From contig CAVUSO010000001.1 in NCBI GenBank assembly GCA_963744145.1, positions 896,001-960,000 on the forward strand: a stretch of 64,000 bases of DNA. The letters are read 5' to 3'. The position numbers and the translations under genes were made by a program. Source of the DNA: an uncultured cyanobacterium. GTDB lineage: Bacteria; Cyanobacteriota; Cyanobacteriia; Cyanobacteriales; CAWUOF01. Of this stretch, positions 1 through 8,112 are shown one piece after another (position 1 is the first letter of the stretch; every line of letters begins with the position of its first letter). Below the pieces are notes generated by a model. That model did no database searches. It saw nothing but the letters and a program-made list of their open reading frames with translations, and had not been told where the DNA came from.

Positions 1-636
1 ACACAAGTAGTTCCTCATCCTGAATTCCAAAACCCAAAACTACATAGTTGTGACTTTATACAGCCAGAGATGTTGATGGCAGCTATTCAAAGGATCGTGG
101 TTGAGGGTACTGACGCAATAGTAATGGCGGAAGCAGGAAACTCTTTAGCTTGGGGGAATCATTTACTGCAATTCAGCCAACCCAATCGTTATCGGGTTAG
201 CCCTCGTTGGGGATCAATGGGTCATTTTACTACAGGTGTTGTAGGTGCAGCTTTAGCACGGCAGGGTAAAGCGGTGGCTATTGTTGGAGATGGTTCTATG
301 TTGATGAATTCCGAGATCAGCACGGCAGTACAACATCAAATCCCTGCCGTCTGGATTGTCCTCAATGATGCTTTATATAATATGTGCCACAAGGGAATGG
401 CTAAACTTGGATTTGAGGGCGTAAATGCAGATATTCCCAAAACAGATTTTGTGAAGATTGCTCATGCTATGGGTGCTGATGGTATCCGTGTTAAACAAGA
501 ATCGGATCTGGAAGCAGCATTAGAGAAAGCAATGGCATCAAGTGGGCCTTTTGTAGTTGATGTCATCATCGATCCGTCGCAAATTGCACCTATTGGTGGT
601 CGGATTAAGAGTTTAATTGCCCAAGGTTCTAAATAG
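1..636 (+). CDS. Thiamine-diphosphate-dependent enzyme (acetolactate-synthase family, ScyA/CybE-like acyloin synthase), 5'-partial
   Basis: Frame is open from base 1; ThDP-binding motif GDGSMLMN...VLND and an ALS-type C-terminal domain; upstream of a FabH-like gene. Confidence 0.85.
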   Translation, partial: TQVVPHPEFQNPKLHSCDFIQPEMLMAAIQRIVVEGTDAIVMAEAGNSLAWGNHLLQFSQPNRYRVSPRWGSMGHFTTGVVGAALARQGKAVAIVGDGSMLMNSEISTAVQHQIPAVWIVLNDALYNMCHKGMAKLGFEGVNADIPKTDFVKIAHAMGADGIRVKQESDLEAALEKAMASSGPFVVDVIIDPSQIAPIGGRIKSLIAQGSK

Positions 637-653
637 TTAAAAGGAGGTTTATT

Positions 654-884
654 GTGATTAAAAGTCCAGTTGGAATAAAGTCTATAGCTGTTAGTTTTCC
701 TAACACTATACGGACAAACGATTATTTCCGGGAAAACTATCCTGAGTTGGTTGAGCAGGCCAAACAGAACGGTTTGGCAAAGGCTTTTGTATCTGTTGAA
801 TCTGCTGATGAAGGGTTGCAAATATGGACAGAAGAAATGAAGTCTTATCTCTCCGATGTTTTCCGAGGTACTTATGGGTGCTGA
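654..884 (+). pseudogene. Truncated N-terminal fragment of a KAS III-like paralog
   Basis: MIKSPVGIKSIAVSFPNTIRTNDYFRENYPEL matches the start of 1053..2189; interrupted at about 872 by the duplicated segment. Confidence 0.85.
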
Positions 885-1038
885 TGGTATCCGTGTTAAA
901 CAAGAATCGGATCTGGAAGCAGCACTAGAGAAAGCAATGACATCAAGTGGACTCTTTGTAGTTGATGTCATCGTCGATCCGTCGCAAATTGCACCTATTG
1001 GTGGTCGGATTAAGAGTTTAATTGCCCAAGTTTCTAAA
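873..1038 (+). pseudogene. Duplicated 3' fragment of the ThDP-enzyme gene
   Basis: Encodes MGADGIRVKQESDLEAALEKAM...IKSLIAQVSK, a near copy of the end of 1..636. Confidence 0.85.
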
Positions 1039-1052
1039 TAAGGAGGTTTATT

Positions 1053-2189
1053 GTGATTAAAAGTTCAGTTGGAATAAAGTCGATCGCTGTTAGTTTTCCT
1101 AACACTATACGGACAAACGATTATTTCCGGGAAAATTATCCTGAGTTGATTATTCAATCAGAAAAAAAAAGTGCAGCAAAAGCTTTTGCATCAAATGAAA
1201 CTATTTCTAATAATGGGGAGATTGATTTATGGACACAAGAAATGAAGCCTTATCTATCAGACCCTTTTCGTGGAACTGTTGAACGACGGGTACTTGATTC
1301 TAGTGAATCGTCACTTACGTTAGAGTATCAAGCTGCTAAAGATGCGCTCAAAGCAGCAAATCTTTTTCCTAAAGATATTGACTTGATGATAGTATCATCA
1401 ATGTTTTCTGAAAAACCATGTGTGGGTAATGCTGCTTTACTTGTCGGCAAATTGGGCTTGCGTGGTGCTGCTTGGAACCTTGATTCAATGTGTTCAGGTG
1501 CAATTGTTGCACTCCAAACTGTATCTACAATGATTAGTGCAGGGATCTACCGTAATGCCTTAGTAGTAGTTTCTTGCAGTTACTCTCGTTTTGTTGACGA
1601 AAACGATACACTCAGCTTCTTTACGGGAGATGGTGCAGCAGCTTTTGTAGTCACTTCAGTTGAAACAAATCAAGGTATTCTAAGCTCAAAAATTGTTAAT
1701 ACTGCTGAAACCTCTGGAGCTTTTTTTAACGAACTAGCAATAGACCATATGGGTCGCCCACGTATTTTTATACGGGCAGACCAGAAAGCAAGTAAGATTG
1801 TTAGCAATGTATTTGCAGAATTCTGTCTTATGTGTTGTAAAGATGCTGTTGCTGAGGCTGGTATTACTTTAGATCAGATAGACTTTTTTGTTTTCAATTC
1901 ACTTCTTCCTTGGTATACAAGTACCTGCGCTCGTGCATTGGGTATAGATTCAGAGCGTACAATTGATCTCAATTCTGTGTATGGAAACATAGGAGTGGCA
2001 TCCTCTATTGTCAATTTTTACTATGCGATGCAATTGGGCAAAATTCGTGAAAACGATTTAATTCTTATTTACGCTTTTGGTGGAACATCAAATGCCGCAG
2101 CAACAGTTATGCGTGTAGGCAATATTGCGCTCTACCCTGCTCCCGCATTATCAAAAACGCTAATCAATGCTCATCTTAGAGAAATATAA
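1053..2189 (+). CDS. 3-oxoacyl-ACP synthase III (FabH)-like enzyme, candidate furanolide-synthase (CybF-like) type
   Basis: Catalytic Cys in DSMCSG, GDGAAA, YGNIG; Asn (FVFNSL) where FabH has His; AGGAGG ribosome-binding site before the GTG start. Confidence 0.8.
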   Translation: MIKSSVGIKSIAVSFPNTIRTNDYFRENYPELIIQSEKKSAAKAFASNETISNNGEIDLWTQEMKPYLSDPFRGTVERRVLDSSESSLTLEYQAAKDALKAANLFPKDIDLMIVSSMFSEKPCVGNAALLVGKLGLRGAAWNLDSMCSGAIVALQTVSTMISAGIYRNALVVVSCSYSRFVDENDTLSFFTGDGAAAFVVTSVETNQGILSSKIVNTAETSGAFFNELAIDHMGRPRIFIRADQKASKIVSNVFAEFCLMCCKDAVAEAGITLDQIDFFVFNSLLPWYTSTCARALGIDSERTIDLNSVYGNIGVASSIVNFYYAMQLGKIRENDLILIYAFGGTSNAAATVMRVGNIALYPAPALSKTLINAHLREI

Positions 2190-2244
2190 AGTTCTTTTGC
2201 GGCATGGCAATTTGATACTTCATCAGCAGATTATCAAGTTAATT

Positions 2245-2290
2245 TTTATAGGTTTTTGTGATAGCTAAAAACCACCGCAAAAACCTATAA
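2245..2290. other. Intergenic stem-loop
   Basis: TTTATAGGTTTTTG...CAAAAACCTATAAA inverted repeat. Confidence 0.6.
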
Positions 2291-2351
2291 ACTTTCAATA
2301 TTTAGCTCAATAAAGCAATAGCTTATCAATAGAAAAATAGAGAGGTTTATC

Positions 2352-3362
2352 ATGTATATTCCAAATTTTTCAACTCAGGAATTATTTTTAGTACTGGAAT
2401 CACTTAGAAGTGTAGCTGTAAATCCAGAAGCATTGACAGCTCGCGAACAACAATTTTTGCATGTGTTAAAAAATTTGCATGAAGGTAGAAATGACATAAT
2501 TATATCATCTCCAGTAACTCTATCCCACATTGCCCAAACTATCGCTGAACCAAGTCAGCGTCAATGGTTGGTGCAAATGGGAATAATTATGGCACTAGTT
2601 GAAGGTAAGAGTACACTTCCTCAACTCTATCAACAACTTAAAAAATTGAGGATATTAGCTCAAGTTCTTTCTGTAAAAGAGCCAGGTTTAAGAGTCTTGA
2701 ATAAAGTGGCAAAAGGTTATAAACTTTTTGCCAGTCTGGAGGCAAATTTTATTTTCATGAGCAAATTTGTGGTTCATGCTTATCAAGAAGAAGGGCTTAC
2801 TGGAGTGAAAAAAATTGTTTCTATATTTTTTAATGGGAATAGTAAAGACTCTGATTTAGCATCGAAGTTCCACAGACTAGGTACTTTAGCAGAAGATACA
2901 TTAGGTTACATCTTCTGGAAATATTTCACCGAAAAGAACATGATCTTTCCAGGCGAAACAGGTGCAATTCCAGAGCGTTTTGTCTTTCACGATTTTGGGC
3001 ATATTCTATCCGGATATAATACTGATATAGTAGGAGAAATGTTGTTAGGAGGTTTTCAGGCAGGATATACCCGTCAAAATGGCTTTATTTATTTACTGAT
3101 TGTAATTCTTCATTGTCACTGGGGGATCAAAACATCACCTATGGCAGATTCTTTTGAAGGATTATTTGATATTCCATCAACAATGCACGCATTACAGCGG
3201 GGTGCATCTTGCAAAGTAGACCTTTCTGATCATTGGAACTTCTGGGAAGTTGTAGATATACCTCTAGAGAAAGTACGTGATATTTATGGTATTCCACCTC
3301 TCTGTCCATCTTCAGTACCAGTCTTCTCAACTAGGGAAATAATCCAGGGTAAACGCATCTAA
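2352..3362 (+). CDS. Coq4-like metal-binding protein with an N-terminal helical extension
   Basis: Exact HDxxH-x11-E motif (HDFGHILSGYNTDIVGE), plus the Coq4-like segments LGTLAEDTLG and PLEKVRDIYGI. Confidence 0.7.
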   Translation: MYIPNFSTQELFLVLESLRSVAVNPEALTAREQQFLHVLKNLHEGRNDIIISSPVTLSHIAQTIAEPSQRQWLVQMGIIMALVEGKSTLPQLYQQLKKLRILAQVLSVKEPGLRVLNKVAKGYKLFASLEANFIFMSKFVVHAYQEEGLTGVKKIVSIFFNGNSKDSDLASKFHRLGTLAEDTLGYIFWKYFTEKNMIFPGETGAIPERFVFHDFGHILSGYNTDIVGEMLLGGFQAGYTRQNGFIYLLIVILHCHWGIKTSPMADSFEGLFDIPSTMHALQRGASCKVDLSDHWNFWEVVDIPLEKVRDIYGIPPLCPSSVPVFSTREIIQGKRI

Positions 3363-3469
3363 ATCATGTAAACCTTGCCCAGTGGGGGTTTCATGATTTA
3401 ATCACAAAAATGAACAATTGCTGAAACCCTAATCCAGTAAGTATTCTAAAAATAAGATGCGTTTACCTG
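3345..3469. mobile_element. MITE, 125 bp, with terminal inverted repeats and a 10-bp target-site duplication
   Basis: CAGGGTAAACGCATCT...AGATGCGTTTACCTG, flanked by GGAAATAATC (3335-3344) and GGAAATTATC (3470-3479). Confidence 0.8.
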
Positions 3470-3570
3470 GGAAATTATCTAAGTAAACGTAAGTTTCACG
3501 AAGTTAAAAGATGGTAGGATGTAGAGCGAGGCAGTCAGTCCAGCTAACAAATTGACCAAAAAATTCTCTT

Positions 3571-3598
3571 GTACGGGCGTATAGCTATACGCCCCTAG
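3571..3598. repeat. REP-like palindrome
   Basis: Perfect 20-bp palindrome GGGCGTATAGCTATACGCCC; a degenerate relative lies near 34526. Confidence 0.7.
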
Positions 3599-4004
3599 CA
3601 TGACGCGAATGTTCAATTTGACAGATATTTTTGACTTTCCCGTATTTATGGTGGAAAATCCCGTTTTTCGACAGGGGAGGAGGGGGCAGGGAGCAAGAGA
3701 AAAGCTTATGTAGTAATAATTTGGAAAATCAATAATTTTTACTTATCATTATAAGTACGGGAGAACCGTAATATAAGCGTATTGCATTCTAATGTCCCAA
3801 TGAGAGCGATACGCTTAAACTTGATATGCTAGCGACCCAACCTTAGAAATCAGACGGTAATGAAAATTTTGTCAAATCTTATCCTAATAATAATTTAAAA
3901 ATGCTAATATCAATTTACTATTACGTTCAACGTTCAACTGGCTATTGAAGCTAAAAACTATATATATCCAGCATTATCACCAATCTTTTTAGTGTAACTT
4001 CACA

Positions 4005-6548
4005 GTGAATTGGTATAACTTAATGAAAATCGCATATGTCATACGGATGGTATTAATTTTAGTTGCATTAATTCAGGACAGCAAAAATAAGTTCTTATTA
4101 TCAAGCTTGTATCGATTTACTTTATTAGCTATAGGTTTTTATTTGCTTTCCAGTCGAGTTACAGCACAAATTGTCCCTGATAATACTCTTCCTAATAACT
4201 CTATTGTTGGCATTAATGGTCAGAGATTAACTATTAATGGTGGTACAATAGCGGGTAAGAATCTTTTTCATAGTTTCCAAGAATTTTCTATTCCTACAGG
4301 AGAGGAAGCTTTTTTTAACAATGCTAGCAATATTCAAAATATTTTCAGTCGTGTTACGGGTAAAAAAATATCTAATATTGATGGGATAATTAGTTCTAAT
4401 GGAGTTGCAAACTTATTTTTTATTAATCCCAATGGCATAATATTTGGTAATAATACGCAATTAAATACTGGAGGTTCTTTTATTAGTTCAACAGCTAATA
4501 ATATTATATTTAATGATGGCTTTAATTTTAGTGCTATCAATTCACAAATTGTGCCGTTGTTAACAGTTAATATACCGGTTTTTTTACAATTAGAACAAAA
4601 TTCCGGAGCAATTCAAGTAAATGGTGCAGGTCATAATTTTACAGTTGCAGTTCCATTTGGTGCGCCAGTTAACTATAATCAAAACACCAGTAACCTAAAA
4701 GTGAATCCAGGTAAAACACTAGCTTTAGTCGGAAGCAATGTCACGCTTTCTGGTGGCATCTTAACTGCTCAGGGTGGAAGAATAGAGTTAGGTGGTGTTG
4801 CTTTAGGTAAAGTACGTCTCACAAATACTAACTCCGGATGGGTTTTAGACTATAAGCAAGTGCAAAGTTTTGGAGATGTTAACCTATTCCAAAAAGCAGC
4901 ATTAGATGCTAGTGGTTCAATGGGCGGCTCTATCCAAATTGTAGGTAGAAAAGTTACGTTAACTGATGGCTCTCTAGCATTGATTCAAAACCAAGGAAAT
5001 AAACTATCAGGAAACCTCATTGTAAATGCTTCTGAATCTTTAGATTTAACTGGAACTAATCCAGAAGCAACATTCGCTAGTAGTTTGCTGACTGAAACTG
5101 TTGCAAATGGCAAAGGAGGAGACATAGAAATTTCCACTAAAAGCTTATCAATACAAGATGGAGCACGAATAGCTAGTCAAACCTTTAGTAACGCATCTAG
5201 CGGAAATCTGATCATCAATGCCTCAGACTCAACAGATATAGTAGGATTTTCACCTATTAATGTAGAAGTAATGAGTTTTCTCATTGCCTCAACTTTTAGC
5301 ACAGGAAATGCAGGAAATATTACATTGCAAACAAACCAATTGAGAGTATTGAATGGAGGAAGTGTTTCAATTCCTGTTATTGGTACTGGTGCGGGAGGAA
5401 ATATAACTTTAAATGCTTCTCAATTGGTAGAAGTTAATGGAACAATACCGCAAATCTCTCAGCCTTCTTCAATTGGTGGTGCGACAATACCTGGAAAAGG
5501 TGCTAACTTAATTATTAATACATCTAAGGTTTTAGTGGAATCTGGAGGAGTTATTACCACCTCAACTGTCGCAAACGGTTCAGCAGGGGATATTACTATC
5601 AATGCCTCTGATTCCGTACAAGTTAGTGGCAAAGGAGTTGATGGTGGACTTCCATCTAGAATAGAGGCTGCTGCGACCATTGAGGCTGAAGAATTCCGAA
5701 AATTAAGAGGACTACCCGATCGCCCCTCCGGCAACTCCGGCAGCGTCACCATCAATACCCCCCGCCTCACAGTCTCCGATGGCGCTACTGTTAGTGTTGG
5801 AAATCAAGGTACAGGCAACGCAGGCAACCTCAACATCAACGCAGGTTCGATCGCTCTCCTCAACGCCAACCAAGGGATCAGCGCAGCTACGGCATCAGGT
5901 GAAGGTGGCAACCTCAACATCACCACCAACGCCCTCCAACTACGACAAGCCAGCCAAATCTCCACCCAAGCAGGGGGCACAGGTAACGGTGGCAACATCA
6001 CCCTCAACGCCAACACCCTAGCCCTCCTCGAAAACAGTAAAATCAATGCTAACGCCTTCAAAGGTAATGGTGGTAACATCCTCATCAACACCCAAGGCTT
6101 ATTTACCGCTCCCTATACTCCCGATCGCCAAATCACAGCTAGTTCCCAACTAGGAATATCAGGCACGATCGCCATCAATGATCCCACTAATCAGTCTAAC
6201 ATCGGATTCATCCAACTACCGAAAAACCTCCTCGACGCTAGCACGCAAATCAGCCAAACTTGTAATAACGGCAAAGTGAACAGACTCGCCCTCGTCGGTC
6301 GGGGTGGTTTGTCCGAAGATCCATTGAAAGCTTTTCCCAGTGATGACATCTGGCAAGACCACACCAATTATACTAGCCGACTTAATCCAGTGAATCAGAG
6401 CAGAAATCAGGCTCAAGTCACCAAACCAGAACCACCACCCATCATTGAAGCTACGGGTTGGCAAGTCAATCAAAATGGCCAAATTGAATTAATCAGTCAG
6501 GCCCAAGCTGTCCCCCAATTTAACGTCCAACAGTTTCAATGTCACTAA
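4005..6548 (+). CDS. Filamentous haemagglutinin family (TPS-domain) exoprotein; start codon uncertain
   Basis: AQIVPDNTL, NLFHSFQEFS, NPNGIIFG secretion domain, G/N-rich beta-helix repeats, C-terminal IIEATGW motif. Confidence 0.9.
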   Translation: MNWYNLMKIAYVIRMVLILVALIQDSKNKFLLSSLYRFTLLAIGFYLLSSRVTAQIVPDNTLPNNSIVGINGQRLTINGGTIAGKNLFHSFQEFSIPTGEEAFFNNASNIQNIFSRVTGKKISNIDGIISSNGVANLFFINPNGIIFGNNTQLNTGGSFISSTANNIIFNDGFNFSAINSQIVPLLTVNIPVFLQLEQNSGAIQVNGAGHNFTVAVPFGAPVNYNQNTSNLKVNPGKTLALVGSNVTLSGGILTAQGGRIELGGVALGKVRLTNTNSGWVLDYKQVQSFGDVNLFQKAALDASGSMGGSIQIVGRKVTLTDGSLALIQNQGNKLSGNLIVNASESLDLTGTNPEATFASSLLTETVANGKGGDIEISTKSLSIQDGARIASQTFSNASSGNLIINASDSTDIVGFSPINVEVMSFLIASTFSTGNAGNITLQTNQLRVLNGGSVSIPVIGTGAGGNITLNASQLVEVNGTIPQISQPSSIGGATIPGKGANLIINTSKVLVESGGVITTSTVANGSAGDITINASDSVQVSGKGVDGGLPSRIEAAATIEAEEFRKLRGLPDRPSGNSGSVTINTPRLTVSDGATVSVGNQGTGNAGNLNINAGSIALLNANQGISAATASGEGGNLNITTNALQLRQASQISTQAGGTGNGGNITLNANTLALLENSKINANAFKGNGGNILINTQGLFTAPYTPDRQITASSQLGISGTIAINDPTNQSNIGFIQLPKNLLDASTQISQTCNNGKVNRLALVGRGGLSEDPLKAFPSDDIWQDHTNYTSRLNPVNQSRNQAQVTKPEPPPIIEATGWQVNQNGQIELISQAQAVPQFNVQQFQCH

Positions 6549-6614
6549 CAAATCACCCATCCGATCGCGATTCACAAATGTGGGAGAAACTGGGAGTGCG
6601 ATCGGCTGAAATAG

Positions 6615-6669
6615 TTGCGTAAAGAGGTAGCGATCGACTAAAATGCCTGCTCCTCAAGTAGAGCAGCAT
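6615..6669 (+). promoter_or_regulatory. Putative sigma70 promoter with an overlapping palindrome, repeated before every Rpn copy
   Basis: TTGCGT-18bp-TAAAAT followed by CTGCTC-N8-GAGCAG, just before the ATG. Confidence 0.5.
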
Positions 6670-6674
6670 GAATC

Positions 6675-7565
6675 ATGTCCATTGATAACCTATGTAAACT
6701 CATCGCCGAAAAATATCCAGCTGCTTTTGCCACTTGGATTTTAGGTGAATCGCAGCCGAGCGTACAAGTCTTAAAAACCGAACTGAGTATCGAACCAATT
6801 CGAGCCGATTCCGTGATCTTGCTGGAAACCACAGACCGGATCTTACATCTAGAATTCCAGGTGAGACTAGAATCAGAGCCACCATTACCATTAAGAATGC
6901 TAGATTATTGGGTCAGGCTATATCGGTTATACCGCAAACCAATCATCCAAGTCATAATTTTATTACTACCACCCAGGGAAGGAACAGTAATTGAAACGGC
7001 ATTTGTGTTCGGAACAACTTACCATGAGTATCGGGTAATTCGACTGTGGGAAGAAGACCCAAAGATATTTCTGTCTGATCTAGCGTTACTACCCTTAGCA
7101 GCATTAACCGCCACATCTCAACCAGAACAGTTGCTAGCACAAGTGGCAGAACAAGTGGATAGAATAGAATCAGTTACAGAGCAACAAGAAGTATCCGCAT
7201 ACATCCAAATCTTGGCGGGATTAAAGTTTAATCAACAAATTTTGCATCGATTATTTCAGGAGAATGCCATGCGAGAATCAGTAATTTATCAGGAGATTTT
7301 GCAGGTCGGTCGAGAAGAAGGACGACAAGAAGGACTAATGGAAGGACAACGGTCAGGACGACAAGAAGGACAACAAGAAGGACGTTTGCAGGAACGACGC
7401 TTATTGGTAGAAAATTTGCTGCGGATTCGGTTTGGCTCTTTAGAACCAGAACTGGCTCAGATGATTGAACCAATGATTCAGTTATCAACCGATGAGTTAG
7501 TTCCCTTACTCTATCAATTATCTCAGACTGAACTTTTGGCCAGATTTACTCCCCATCAGAATTAA
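6675..7565 (+). CDS. Rpn family PD-(D/E)XK nuclease / putative transposase, copy 1 (7 VNTR units)
   Basis: TELSIEPIRAD...ILHLEFQ, PLRMLDY, MRESVIYQEI followed by EG-repeat linker. Confidence 0.9.
   Translation: MSIDNLCKLIAEKYPAAFATWILGESQPSVQVLKTELSIEPIRADSVILLETTDRILHLEFQVRLESEPPLPLRMLDYWVRLYRLYRKPIIQVIILLLPPREGTVIETAFVFGTTYHEYRVIRLWEEDPKIFLSDLALLPLAALTATSQPEQLLAQVAEQVDRIESVTEQQEVSAYIQILAGLKFNQQILHRLFQENAMRESVIYQEILQVGREEGRQEGLMEGQRSGRQEGQQEGRLQERRLLVENLLRIRFGSLEPELAQMIEPMIQLSTDELVPLLYQLSQTELLARFTPHQN
7269..7565 (+). CDS. Predicted in-frame internally initiated small C-terminal protein (RpnS-like, 98 aa); equivalent starts at 8707, 9923, 11063, 12266
   Basis: AGGAG at 7258-7262, then 6 nt, then ATG (Met199); conserved in all five copies. 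Confidence 0.6.
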   Translation: MRESVIYQEILQVGREEGRQEGLMEGQRSGRQEGQQEGRLQERRLLVENLLRIRFGSLEPELAQMIEPMIQLSTDELVPLLYQLSQTELLARFTPHQN

Positions 7566-7806
7566 GCCAATTTCTCCCCTGGCGATCGGTCAACCTGGCC
7601 AAATTTCCGGTTTAATCAAGCCACCGGAGCGATCGCCAAATCCCTGTCACTAAAAACTTACCCATCCGATCACCCTAGACTCGAACTAGGAGGCGATCGC
7701 GATTCACAAATATGGGAGAACCTGGGAGCGCGATCGGCTGAAATAGTTGCGTAAAACCGTAGCGATCGACTAAAATGCCTGCTCCTCAAGTAGAGCAGCA
7801 TGAATC

Positions 7807-7995
7807 ATGTCCATTGATAACCTATGTAAACTCATCGCCGAAAAATATCCAGCTGCTTTTGCCACTTGGATTTTAGGTGAATCGCAGCCGAGCGTGCAAG
7901 TTTTAAAAACCGAACTGAGTATCGAACCAATCCGAGCCGATTCCGTGATCTTGCTGGAAACCACAGACCATCCGATCACCCTAGACTCGAACTAG
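7807..7995 (+). pseudogene. Truncated Rpn copy produced by a 306-bp local duplication
   Basis: First about 54 codons match Rpn, then the sequence jumps back to the spacer (CCATCCGATCACCCTAG). Confidence 0.9.
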
Positions 7996-8112
7996 GAGGC
8001 GATCGCGATTCACAAATATGGGAGAACCTGGGAGCGCGATCGGCTGAAATAGTTGCGTAAAACCGTAGCGATCGACTAAAATGCCTGCTCCTCAAGTAGA
8101 GCAGCATGAATC

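Larger units (their letters stand above)
468..1278 (+). repeat. Tandem partial duplication (offset about 405 bp) of the ThDP-gene 3' end plus the KAS III-like gene 5' end
   Basis: TATGGGTGCTGATGGTATCCGTGTTAAACAAG starts at both 468 and 873; the copies are near-identical to about 745/1148, then diverge but stay homologous. Confidence 0.9.

Noticed and set aside
1..636. Scytonemin gene scyA or housekeeping ilvB
   Set aside because: It is followed by FabH-like genes rather than scyB/scyC or ilvN, so no gene symbol is assigned.
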